A stretch of DNA of 64,000 bases. Origin: PVC group bacterium. GTDB lineage: Bacteria > Auribacterota > Erginobacteria > Erginobacterales > Erginobacteraceae. Positions 1 to 8,137 of this stretch are shown in pieces (position 1 is the stretch's first letter; every line of letters starts with the position of its first letter). The position numbers and the translations under genes were made by a program. The stretch covers positions 1-64,000 of the forward strand of contig JAZDIV010000043.1 in assembly GCA_043804695.1 (NCBI GenBank), written 5' to 3'. The notes under the pieces were generated by a model. That model did not search any database and had not been told where the DNA came from. It saw only the letters and a list, made by a program, of their open reading frames with translations.

Positions 1-452
1 TCCCGATGATGATATTCCTCACTTTCCCGAATACCGGATCTCCCGGTTTGGGCGTCTCCGGGATCAGGCCCCGGCGGCCGCGCTCCAGGAGCCGCCGAAC
101 CCGGGAGGGAGCCGTCTCACGGAGAGCGTACCTGTCGAGGATGTCAACGCAATTCTCGAAAGTCGTCGGGTCGGGTACGGTGGGGCCGGAGGCGATAACG
201 GACGGATCGTCGCCCGCCACGTCGGAGAGAAGGAGGCCGAGAACCCGGGCCGGGAAGGCGAGGCGGGCCAGGCCGCCCCCTTTCACCCGGGAGAGATGCT
301 TGCGGATGGCGTTTATCTCGCCGATGGCCGCGCCGCACCGCAGAAGCTGTCCGGTGATCGTCCGGATGTCGTCGAGAGCGATGCCCGGGGCCGGGGCGGT
401 GAGAAGAGAGGAACCCCCGCCGGAGAGGACGACGATCAGCAGGTCTTCCACC
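1..452 (-). CDS. Glycerate 2-kinase / TtuD-GckA (DUF4147-MOFRL) family, runs off the window at its 3' end and appears 5'-truncated
   Basis: Manual minus-strand translation gives VEDLLIVVLSGGGSSLL..GEINAIRKHLSRVKGGGLA..LLSDVAGDDPSVIASGPTVPDPTTF..ETPKPGD, the characteristic motifs of class II glycerate kinases. Not in the ORF track because the stop lies outside the window. An in-frame stop lies about 28 codons upstream. Confidence 0.8.
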
Positions 453-578
453 GCCTGAAATGATTTTTTCTCCTCCAAATTTCTAAAGTCCCCCCGTAGC
501 ACATAAACAGGCAGACCTGAAAGATTGTGCTTCAATTAGCCGGCAGGCCATGAGGCGAGATTCTAAATCCACTATCAT

Positions 579-619
579 ATTTATTTTTCACCCGCCCCCC
601 GGGCGGGTGAAAAATAAAT
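579..619. repeat. Perfect 19-bp inverted repeat (hairpin) at the 3' end of the 619..1425 gene
   Basis: ATTTATTTTTCACCCGCCC-ccc-GGGCGGGTGAAAAATAAAT. The T-tract precedes the GC stem on both strands, so it is not a canonical intrinsic terminator. Confidence 0.8.
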
Positions 620-1425
620 CACCACTGCGAGGTGATCTTCCAGCGCCCCTCCTCCTGTTCCAGGAGGAGGATCACCTTCTCCTCCATCGCGCAGCTGAAG
701 ACTCCGGGACCGGCGGTGTCGGCCAGGACACCTTTTATCAGCAGGCGAAATGATACCTCGCCCAGCGGACGTTCCACCCCGCGGTCGACTGATGAGCGCA
801 CCGTCACCGTCAGCGGTTCGCCGGGCATCGCCGTGACACCCGCGGAGATCTCCCTGCCCGCTGACCGGGAGGGAGATCCGGTTCGGGAGGGAGTGTCCTC
901 CCCGGCGGTTGACTCCAGTTCCATCTTGATCGGCCCGGCGGCGGCATTCACGGTGATGAGGAAAGACCGATCCGGCATTCGCTTTCCCTCCGTCCCCCGC
1001 AGCCAGTCGAAATCTTCCTGGCGCAGCCAGTATCCCGAGTCCTTCTGGACGAACTCGATCGATAAGTCCCGCATGCTCACCGACAGTTCAGCGAAGGGGG
1101 CGAAAAACCTCTCCTCCATCCGCTCTTTCAGCCAGTCCAGACCCTGCTCGTAATGGGAATACCCGGCGGAATAACAGGCGAGAAGAGCCGCCATCTCCCG
1201 GGCTTCCAGGGCGGCCCGGTAATTTTCCAGGAGGGAGAGGACACGCAGGGTCTCCACCAGCAGCCGGCGCTCCGGCGGGCTCAGTCGTTCGCTTTCCTGC
1301 TCGAAAAACCCCCTGATCGTCGGCGGCGACGAACAGGCGCCGCCCCCGAAAAGGAGGAGTCCGGCCACAGAAATGAAAACCACCCGGTTCTTCAATGCCT
1401 TCATTCTCTGTTGCTGCCCCTGCAT
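619..1425 (-). CDS. Putative lipoprotein, possibly NTF2/SnoaL-like fold
   Basis: Signal peptide with lipobox-like LLFGGGAC; Y..ALE..E...LL..YS..Y start and LEQEEGRWKITS end resemble NTF2-like proteins. Alternative start at 1404. Confidence 0.55.
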   Translation of the reverse strand: MQGQQQRMKALKNRVVFISVAGLLLFGGGACSSPPTIRGFFEQESERLSPPERRLLVETLRVLSLLENYRAALEAREMAALLACYSAGYSHYEQGLDWLKERMEERFFAPFAELSVSMRDLSIEFVQKDSGYWLRQEDFDWLRGTEGKRMPDRSFLITVNAAAGPIKMELESTAGEDTPSRTGSPSRSAGREISAGVTAMPGEPLTVTVRSSVDRGVERPLGEVSFRLLIKGVLADTAGPGVFSCAMEEKVILLLEQEEGRWKITSQW

Positions 1426-1565
1426 TAAAATTCAAGCCTATAAATTTGCAAGCGCAGCGAGCTAATTTATAAAAAGTTCTTGCCCGCGATACTTGATCTT
1501 ATTATTATATCCTTAATTTGCTACTCATTTGTCAACCGTATGGTTCGCACCATCAAGGAGGCACG

Positions 1566-2432
1566 ATGAAAGGTACCACCGTTACCCCGATCCTGGCCGG
1601 ACTGGTTGTGCTCAGCCTGGCGGTCCTGCCCGCCGTCCGGGGACAAGTGGCGGAGAGAATCCCCATCCTGATCGAGCAGAAGATCGTCCAGATCACTCTT
1701 TCCCCGGAAAACCGGGACGGGATCAACTGGGAACTCTTCAAACTCTATCAGAAAAACCGGGAGACGACCACCGGCTTCTTCCCCCTCTCCGACCGGGCCC
1801 GTCACCGCCTGGATTTCCGGCCGATGCAGAAGAACATCCCGCCGGAACAGGCCGAGAACGCCGACTTCGAACACGTCGAACAGACCAGGGTCAATCAATT
1901 TGATTTCGGCCCGATCTGGGAAGATACCCGGTCCCCCCGCCAGATCGAGGACGATACCCACTTCGGATCCCTGCGGATCTACAACTTCAAAACCATGATG
2001 GACTACCTGCGCACCCTGGGGGAAGCGGATGTCATCTTCAGCCGGAAATGGGTGTCCGAGAACGGTCAGCAGTCCATGATCTCCTCCCAGCCGGAGATCA
2101 CCGGCACCGCGGGGCCGACCGTCGAATACTGGGAAGGTTCCCGGGTCACCTTCCGCCCGGAGATCATCGAGAATCACCGGATCGTCTTTCATCTCAATTC
2201 CGAGGCAGCCACCGCCTTTTACGTCGACCCGGCGTTGAACCCCGGCCTGCCGGTGCTGGAACGGGGAGGAAAAGAGGTGGCCAAGCTCTGGCGTCTCTTC
2301 CGCCTCAATACAATGGGCTTGGTGGAAAGCGGGGAGACCGCTGTCTTCGAAGACCTCCGCGAAGGCAAAGGCATCCTGATTTTCATCACCCCTTCCATTC
2401 TGGAGACTCAGCGCAAGCGGGTCAACTCCTAA
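1566..2432 (+). CDS. Secretin-like (type II/III secretion / type IV pilus secretin C-terminal domain) protein lacking N-domains
   Basis: AAGGAGG RBS before ATG 1566, Sec signal peptide, and secretin-like segments ILIEQKIVQI..GINW, ENGQQSMIS, VTFRPEI, VESGETAV, ILIFITPSIL. Confidence 0.65.
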   Translation: MKGTTVTPILAGLVVLSLAVLPAVRGQVAERIPILIEQKIVQITLSPENRDGINWELFKLYQKNRETTTGFFPLSDRARHRLDFRPMQKNIPPEQAENADFEHVEQTRVNQFDFGPIWEDTRSPRQIEDDTHFGSLRIYNFKTMMDYLRTLGEADVIFSRKWVSENGQQSMISSQPEITGTAGPTVEYWEGSRVTFRPEIIENHRIVFHLNSEAATAFYVDPALNPGLPVLERGGKEVAKLWRLFRLNTMGLVESGETAVFEDLREGKGILIFITPSILETQRKRVNS

Positions 2433-2455
2433 AAATCCCTTCGGGATTTTTAGGA
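2427..2455. terminator. Probable intrinsic terminator
   Basis: TCCTAAAAATCCC-TTC-GGGATTTTTAGGA perfect inverted repeat with a cTTCGg loop and T-tract, overlapping the stop of the secretin-like gene. Confidence 0.65.
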
Positions 2456-2575
2456 ATTCATCCATTCAGGTGGCTTTTCGTCATCTGATCTTCAGCGTAT
2501 CGCTATGAAGTTTCTCCGACGGCCATCGAGATACACCTCTGCCAATAATAATCTTATTTTTCCGGAGGAAAAATA

Positions 2576-3658
2576 ATGACAGTTCGACCGTACAACTTAT
2601 ACGCCGGACCGGCCATTCTTCCCGGCGAGGTGATGTCACAGGTCCAGGATGAGTTGATGGACATCGCCGGCACCGGCCTCTCGATTCTCGAGTCAAGCCA
2701 CCGGGGGACGGCCTATGCCGATATCAATGACAGCGCCCGGCAGGATCTCCGGGATCTTCTGGGGATCCCCGACAGCTATGCCGTTCTTTTCCTCCCGGGC
2801 GGGGCCAGCCTCCAGTTCGGGATGGTCCCGATGAACTTTCTCCGGGGAGGAAAGGCCGATTATGTGAACACCGGGGCCTGGGCCAAGAAAGCGATCAAGG
2901 AAGCCAAGCTTTTCGGAGAGGTCCACATCGCCGGCAGCTCCGAAGACGGAAATTTCTCCTATGTCCCCGCGCTGAGCGACCTGGACCTCTCCCCCGATGC
3001 GCGGTATCTCCACATCTGCAGCAATGAGACGATCGGGGGCATCCGCTGGCCCCGATTCCCCGAGACCGGGGACATCCCCCTGATCGCGGACATGTCTTCT
3101 GAGATCTGCAGCCGGAAGATCGATGTCTCCCGTTTCGGCATGATCTACGCCGGGGCGCAGAAAAACCTCGGTCCGGCGGGGGTCACCGTCGTCATCATCA
3201 GCGAGAAGATGCTAAAAAAATGCCCGGACGGACTGACCACGATGCTGAACTACCGGACCCACGTGGAGAACGACTCCAACTACAACACCCCCCCGGTTTT
3301 TTCCGTTTACATGGTCGGCCTGGTCCTGAAATGGCTGAAAAAACGGGGCGGGATCGAGGCGATGGAAGCGGCCAACAACGAGAAGGCCGCTCTCCTCTAC
3401 GGCATGATCGACGGCACCGATTTCTACCGGGGGACCGCGGCGGCGGAAGACCGCTCGATCATGAACGTCACCTTCCGCCTTCCCACCGAAGAACTGGAAG
3501 CCGCCTTCATCGCCGAGGCCAGGAAAGCCGGCTTTGTCGGGCTGAAAGGACACCGCTCGGTGGGCGGGATCCGGGCCTCCATCTACAACGCCTTCCCGCT
3601 GGAAGGGGTGGAAGCTCTGGTACATTTTATGCAATCTTTTGAGAAAAAATATGCTTAA
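2576..3658 (+). CDS. serC: Phosphoserine aminotransferase
   Basis: N..AGPA, SHR, GGASLQF, NETI.G, DMSS, YAGAQKNLGPAG (PLP Lys), YNTPP, GHRSVGGIRASIYNA; GGAGG RBS. Confidence 0.97.
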   Translation: MTVRPYNLYAGPAILPGEVMSQVQDELMDIAGTGLSILESSHRGTAYADINDSARQDLRDLLGIPDSYAVLFLPGGASLQFGMVPMNFLRGGKADYVNTGAWAKKAIKEAKLFGEVHIAGSSEDGNFSYVPALSDLDLSPDARYLHICSNETIGGIRWPRFPETGDIPLIADMSSEICSRKIDVSRFGMIYAGAQKNLGPAGVTVVIISEKMLKKCPDGLTTMLNYRTHVENDSNYNTPPVFSVYMVGLVLKWLKKRGGIEAMEAANNEKAALLYGMIDGTDFYRGTAAAEDRSIMNVTFRLPTEELEAAFIAEARKAGFVGLKGHRSVGGIRASIYNAFPLEGVEALVHFMQSFEKKYA

Positions 3659-3668
3659 AATGTAATCG

Positions 3669-3696
3669 CACCACGAAGGGCACGAAGTTCACGAAG
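3669..3696 (+). repeat. CACGAAG-family 9-bp-period repeat
   Basis: CACCACGAAGGGCACGAAGTTCACGAAG; related copies at 14119, 14302, 21796, 21838, 30613 and at both IS110 flanks. Confidence 0.8.
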
Positions 3697-3883
3697 TAAA
3701 ATTATTTTTCCTGTTTCATTTTTCAAACCAAGGAGCCGGGGCAGAAGACTTTTTACGCCTTTTGCGCCTTTGTGCGGCTGCATAGAGGACGAGGCGGGAG
3801 AACTTCCCTATTCAATCACATTCAATCGTCTGTTGAAGTAAGGGGGCGAGGGGGGGATATTTAATCCTTGAGGAAAAAATAAC

Positions 3884-4807
3884 ATGAAAAAGGTTTTAAT
3901 CGCCACCGAGAAGCCCTTCGCGGGAAAAGCGAGGGATAAGACCGTCGCCGTGCTCCGGGAAGCGGGATATGACGTCAGGGTGCTTGAATCCTACAAAGAA
4001 ACCTCCCATCTGCTGGAGGCCGTTGGAGATGTTGATGCCCTGATCGTGCGGAGCGATAAAGTAACCGACGAGGTGATGGCGGCGGCGCCGGAACTGAAAC
4101 TGGTGGTTCGGGCGGGGGCGGGCTATGACAACATTGACTGCGGCGCGGCCAAAGCCCGGGGGATCACGGTCATGAACACGCCGGGGCAGAACGCCAACGC
4201 AGTCGCCGAGCTGGCGATCGGGATGATGGTCATGGCCGCCCGGGGAAAGTACGACGGCAGGTCGGGGACGGAATTGAAAGGGAAAACCCTGGGGCTCCAG
4301 GCCTTCGGCAACGTCGCCCGGAGGGTCGCCGTGATTGCCGCCCGGGGATTCGAGATGACGGTGATCGCCTACGACCCGTTCATCCCGGCGGATGAAATGA
4401 CCAGAGCCGGCGTCACCCCGGTCCGCTCCCTGGACGAGCTGTACGCCCGGAGTGATTACCTCTCCCTCCACATCCCGGCCACGCCGGAGACACGGGGTTC
4501 GATCGGGTACGAACTCATGAAGAGGATGAAGCCGAACGCGGTCCTGGTCAACACCGCCCGAGCCGAGGTCATCGATGAAGCCGGCTTGCTCCGGGTGTAC
4601 GAGGAGCGCCCGGACTTCAAATATGTCGCCGACGTGGCCCCCGGGAACAAGGACGAGATCCTGGTCTGCGACGGGAACCGGTGTTTTTTCACCCCGAAGA
4701 AGATGGGGGCGCAGACCGCCGAGGCCAACTTCAACGCCGGCGTGGCGGCCGCCCGCCAGATCGTCAGTTTTTTTGAGAAGGGAGATACGACCTATCAGGT
4801 AAATTAG
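3884..4807 (+). CDS. serA: D-3-phosphoglycerate dehydrogenase (short, type IIIK-like)
   Basis: LIVRS, RAGAGYDNID, NTPGQNANAVAEL, SLHIP, NTARAE, TPKKMGAQTAEAN; directly downstream of serC. Confidence 0.88.
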   Translation: MKKVLIATEKPFAGKARDKTVAVLREAGYDVRVLESYKETSHLLEAVGDVDALIVRSDKVTDEVMAAAPELKLVVRAGAGYDNIDCGAAKARGITVMNTPGQNANAVAELAIGMMVMAARGKYDGRSGTELKGKTLGLQAFGNVARRVAVIAARGFEMTVIAYDPFIPADEMTRAGVTPVRSLDELYARSDYLSLHIPATPETRGSIGYELMKRMKPNAVLVNTARAEVIDEAGLLRVYEERPDFKYVADVAPGNKDEILVCDGNRCFFTPKKMGAQTAEANFNAGVAAARQIVSFFEKGDTTYQVN

Positions 4808-4983
4808 GCGCGAAAAATTGCGGGTGATGTCTCTCTGCAGAATGTCTAAATCCGAATGACGAAAACCGAAAGAATGTCTAAGCCCAAATAACCAGAACCA
4901 CCATCAATCCGCAAGCCTTCTGGCTTGTGGCGGCTCGTTTTTGAAAATTAGATTTTTGAATTTGGGATTTGTTTCGGATTTCG

Positions 4984-5430
4984 TTATTCGGATTTCGGAT
5001 TTTTATGCGCTATTTTCTTCCCCCGCTCGCCCTTATACTTCCGGAGCAGGAGGATGTGCCCCTCTTGATCCAGTTCCAGCTTCAGCCAGGGGAGCGGCGA
5101 ATAGGCGGGGCCGCGGACGACATTCCCGGTCAGGTCAAAACGTGCATGATGGCGGCGGCAGACAAAGGCGTCGTTCTTATCCGTTTTGAAGAGAGGCCCG
5201 CCGCGGTGGGTGCAGACCGATGAGATCGCATAGATCCCTTCGCTGTCGGAGATGAGGAAGGCGTCATAGAAAATGAGGTGCTTCACCGTCCCGGGCGGGT
5301 AATCGCGGGGAAATCCCAGTTCAAACGTGGTGCGGTCCCGAGCCGCTGCTTCAGAGCTCAGTCCCATCGCTCCCAGCATCCAGCCCAGGACAACCTGGAA
5401 CATCCTGAGAATAAACTGACGCCGGTGCAT
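4984..5430 (-). CDS. Rieske [2Fe-2S] protein with Tat signal peptide
   Basis: MHRRQFI twin-arginine leader; ligand boxes CTHRG and CRRH, followed by RFD..G.V..GPA..PL. Confidence 0.85.
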   Translation of the reverse strand: MHRRQFILRMFQVVLGWMLGAMGLSSEAAARDRTTFELGFPRDYPPGTVKHLIFYDAFLISDSEGIYAISSVCTHRGGPLFKTDKNDAFVCRRHHARFDLTGNVVRGPAYSPLPWLKLELDQEGHILLLRKYKGERGKKIAHKNPKSE

Positions 5431-5550
5431 TAAAATTTTTCCTCCGGAAAAATTTTAAATTATATGTGCTGTTTTAAACTGCTTTTGATTAACTATGCTA
5501 TCACCCTCGGGGGGCGAATACAAGATTCGCCCGTACATTAGAAGTTCTAC

Positions 5551-6804
5551 ATGCTATCAATACCGACAAAACAACAGATCGACGCCGAGATCGCGCTCCC
5601 CGGATCCAAGAGCATCACCAACCGGGCGTTGGTCATCGGGGCGCTGGCCCGGGGCGAGACTGAACTTGCCAACTGGCTTCGCTGCGATGACACCGGGGTG
5701 ATGATCGAGGGCTTGCGGAGCCTTGGTTTCACCGTCACCGACGGCGACGGCCGTCTGGTGATCGCGGGGCGGGGCGGACTTATCCCCCGGGACCGGGCGT
5801 CTCTGGACACCGCCAACTCGGGGACGACGATGCGGTTCCTGACCGGCCTGGTCGCCCTGGGGGAAGGAACATACCAGCTCGATGGAAGCCCCCGGATGCG
5901 GGAGCGGCCGATCGAAGATTTACTGGACGGCCTCCGGTCGCTGGGGGTCTCCGCCCTTTCCGACCGGGAGAACGGCTGCCCCCCGGTCACGGTCCGGGCC
6001 GGCGGCTTACCCGGGGGAACTTGCGAGCTCTCCGGCGAAATCAGCAGCCAGTTTCTTTCCGCCCTCCTGCTCAGCGCCCCCTACGCCGCCGGCCGGGTCA
6101 TCATCAGGGTCGCGGGCGAACTGGTCTCCCGGCCCTACGTCGATATGACGCTCCGGATGATGACTGACTTCGGGGTGACCGTGAACGAGGAGAAACCGGG
6201 CACGTTCTTCATCCCTCCCCGGCAGGTGTACCGGGGCCGGCGCTATGCCGTCGAGGGCGACGCGTCGTCGGCGTCCTATTTCTTCGCCGCGGCGGCCATC
6301 ACCGGGGGACGGGTAAAAATCCTCAATGTCGGAAATAATTCCATCCAGGGGGACGCTCGTTTCCCGCGTTTACTGGAGCGGATGGGAGCGACGGTCCGGA
6401 CCGGGCCGGATTGGACCGAGGTCGCAGGTCCCCTGACCCGGGGGATCAAGGAAGACCTCAACGAGATGCCGGACATGGTCCCCACCCTGGCCGTCGTCTC
6501 GCTTTTCGCCCCCGGGCGGACCGTGATCGTCAATGTCGGCAATCTTCGCTACAAGGAATCGGACCGTCTCCGGGCGGTGGCAACCGAACTTCGGAAGATC
6601 GGGGCCCGGGCCGAGGAACTCCCGGACGGCCTGATCATCGAGGGGGGAGATCTGCACGGGGCCGAGATCGAAACCTACAACGACCACCGGATCGCCATGG
6701 CCTTTGCCCTGGCGGGGCTGCGGGTCCCGGGGATCACGATCAAGAACCCGGAGTGCGTCGCCAAAACCTTCCCCGGATTCTTCGAGGCGTTTCTCGGGAT
6801 CTGA
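5551..6804 (+). CDS. aroA: 3-phosphoshikimate 1-carboxyvinyltransferase (EPSP synthase)
   Basis: LPGSKSITNRAL, NSGTTMRFL, RMRERPI, SSQFLSALL, LRYKESDRL, DHRIAM, CVAKTFP. Confidence 0.97.
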   Translation: MLSIPTKQQIDAEIALPGSKSITNRALVIGALARGETELANWLRCDDTGVMIEGLRSLGFTVTDGDGRLVIAGRGGLIPRDRASLDTANSGTTMRFLTGLVALGEGTYQLDGSPRMRERPIEDLLDGLRSLGVSALSDRENGCPPVTVRAGGLPGGTCELSGEISSQFLSALLLSAPYAAGRVIIRVAGELVSRPYVDMTLRMMTDFGVTVNEEKPGTFFIPPRQVYRGRRYAVEGDASSASYFFAAAAITGGRVKILNVGNNSIQGDARFPRLLERMGATVRTGPDWTEVAGPLTRGIKEDLNEMPDMVPTLAVVSLFAPGRTVIVNVGNLRYKESDRLRAVATELRKIGARAEELPDGLIIEGGDLHGAEIETYNDHRIAMAFALAGLRVPGITIKNPECVAKTFPGFFEAFLGI

Positions 6805-6828
6805 AGAGGGAGGGTTCCTTGACGTAGA

Positions 6829-6926
6829 GTAGCACAGACATTCCTGTCTGTGCGGCAGTAAAGTAACACAGACATTCCTGTCTGTGCGGCAGACGCGGGG
6901 GGCACAGACAAGAATGTCTGTGCTAC
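6829..6926. repeat. Three GTAG-type REP-like palindromes between the convergent genes aroA and wecB
   Basis: GTAGCACAGACATTCCTGTCTGTGC (6829-6853), GTAACACAGACATTCCTGTCTGTGC (6863-6887) and an inverted copy at 6902-6926. Confidence 0.85.
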
Positions 6927-6931
6927 CATGC

Positions 6932-8035
6932 CTACCCTGTCAATCCCCGCCCTCGAAGCAGAATCTCCACGATTCTCCCGGCCGCCTTCCCGTCCCAGAG
7001 GGGCGGCGCATCCCCCGGTTTCCGATCTCCGGAAGCGAACTCCCGGTAAGCGGCCAGGATCGTCTCCGTCGTCACCCCCGCCAGATGGTTGGTCCCGATC
7101 TCGCAGGTAACGGGACGTTCGGTGTTCTTGCGGATCGTCAGACAGGGGACTTTCAGGATCGTGGTCTCCTCCTGGATCCCACCGGAATCGGTCAGGACCA
7201 GACGGGCATCCGCCATCAGCTTGAGAAAATCAAGGTAGCCGGCCGGGTCGATCAGCCGCAAACCGGGCAAAGCGAAAAGCCGGGCCGGCGGCAGAACCCG
7301 GTCGATCGTCTTCCGGGTCCGAGGGTGGACGGGGAAGATAACCGGCATATCCTTCTGAATGACCTCCAGAGCATCGATGATCCCCCCGAAGGTCTCCGGA
7401 TCGTCGACATTCGACGGGCGGTGAAGCGTCATCACCGCGTACTCTCCCGGTGTGAGGCCGTATTTTTCCAGGATAGTCGACGTTTCCGCCCGCTCCCGGT
7501 TCCGGAGCAGGGTGTCGATCATGACATTGCCGACCAAAAAAATCTTCTCCCGGGCGACTCCCTCGGCCAAAAGGTTGTCCACCCCGCTCTGCTCGGTGCA
7601 GAAGAGGAGATCGCTGATCGCGTCGGTGAGCACCCGGTTGATCTCCTCCGGCATCGTGCGGTCAAAGCTCCGCAAACCCGCCTCCACGTGGGCGAGGCGC
7701 ACCCCCAGCTTCACCGCCACCAGCCCGCAGGCGATCGTGCTGTTGACGTCGCCGACCACCAGCACCAGGTCCGGCTTCCGCTCGACCAGCAGCGGCTCGA
7801 AGGCTTTCATGATTTCGGCCGTCTGCCGGGCATGGGTGGAGGACCCGATTTCGAGGTTGATGTCCGGCCGGGGGATGCCCAGTTCCCGGAAGAAGAGATC
7901 GCTCATCTCTTCATCGTAATGCTGGCCGGTGTGGACCAGCAGGGGCTCGATCTCCGGGCAGCCGCGGTACGCCTCCATCAGGGGGGCGATCTTCATGAAG
8001 TTGGGCCGGGCGCCGACGATGTTGATGATCTTCAT
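6932..8035 (-). CDS. wecB: UDP-N-acetylglucosamine 2-epimerase (non-hydrolysing)
   Basis: VGARPNFMK, HTGQHYD, VGDVNST, HVEAGLRS, PEEINR, TLHRPSNVD, TDSGGIQEE, TERP. Confidence 0.95.
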   Translation of the reverse strand: MKIINIVGARPNFMKIAPLMEAYRGCPEIEPLLVHTGQHYDEEMSDLFFRELGIPRPDINLEIGSSTHARQTAEIMKAFEPLLVERKPDLVLVVGDVNSTIACGLVAVKLGVRLAHVEAGLRSFDRTMPEEINRVLTDAISDLLFCTEQSGVDNLLAEGVAREKIFLVGNVMIDTLLRNRERAETSTILEKYGLTPGEYAVMTLHRPSNVDDPETFGGIIDALEVIQKDMPVIFPVHPRTRKTIDRVLPPARLFALPGLRLIDPAGYLDFLKLMADARLVLTDSGGIQEETTILKVPCLTIRKNTERPVTCEIGTNHLAGVTTETILAAYREFASGDRKPGDAPPLWDGKAAGRIVEILLRGRGLTG

Positions 8036-8137
8036 TTTATTATTTTTTCTTCGAAAAAATAATATTTATCAAAATGCGGTACCTTCTGATAGTGCCGGGC
8101 AACCAGTTGGTTAGTAAGTATCACCCGATTGTTAATA

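Noticed and set aside
6829..6926. Possible mini CRISPR array
   Set aside because: Only two direct copies with a 9-bp gap plus one inverted copy, and no cas genes; this fits REP-type repeats.
6884..8062. Long antisense/alternate-frame ORFs (also 1521..2465, 43054..44286, 54614..55708, 62323..63441)
   Set aside because: Shadow ORFs expected in high-GC DNA opposite clearly identifiable genes.
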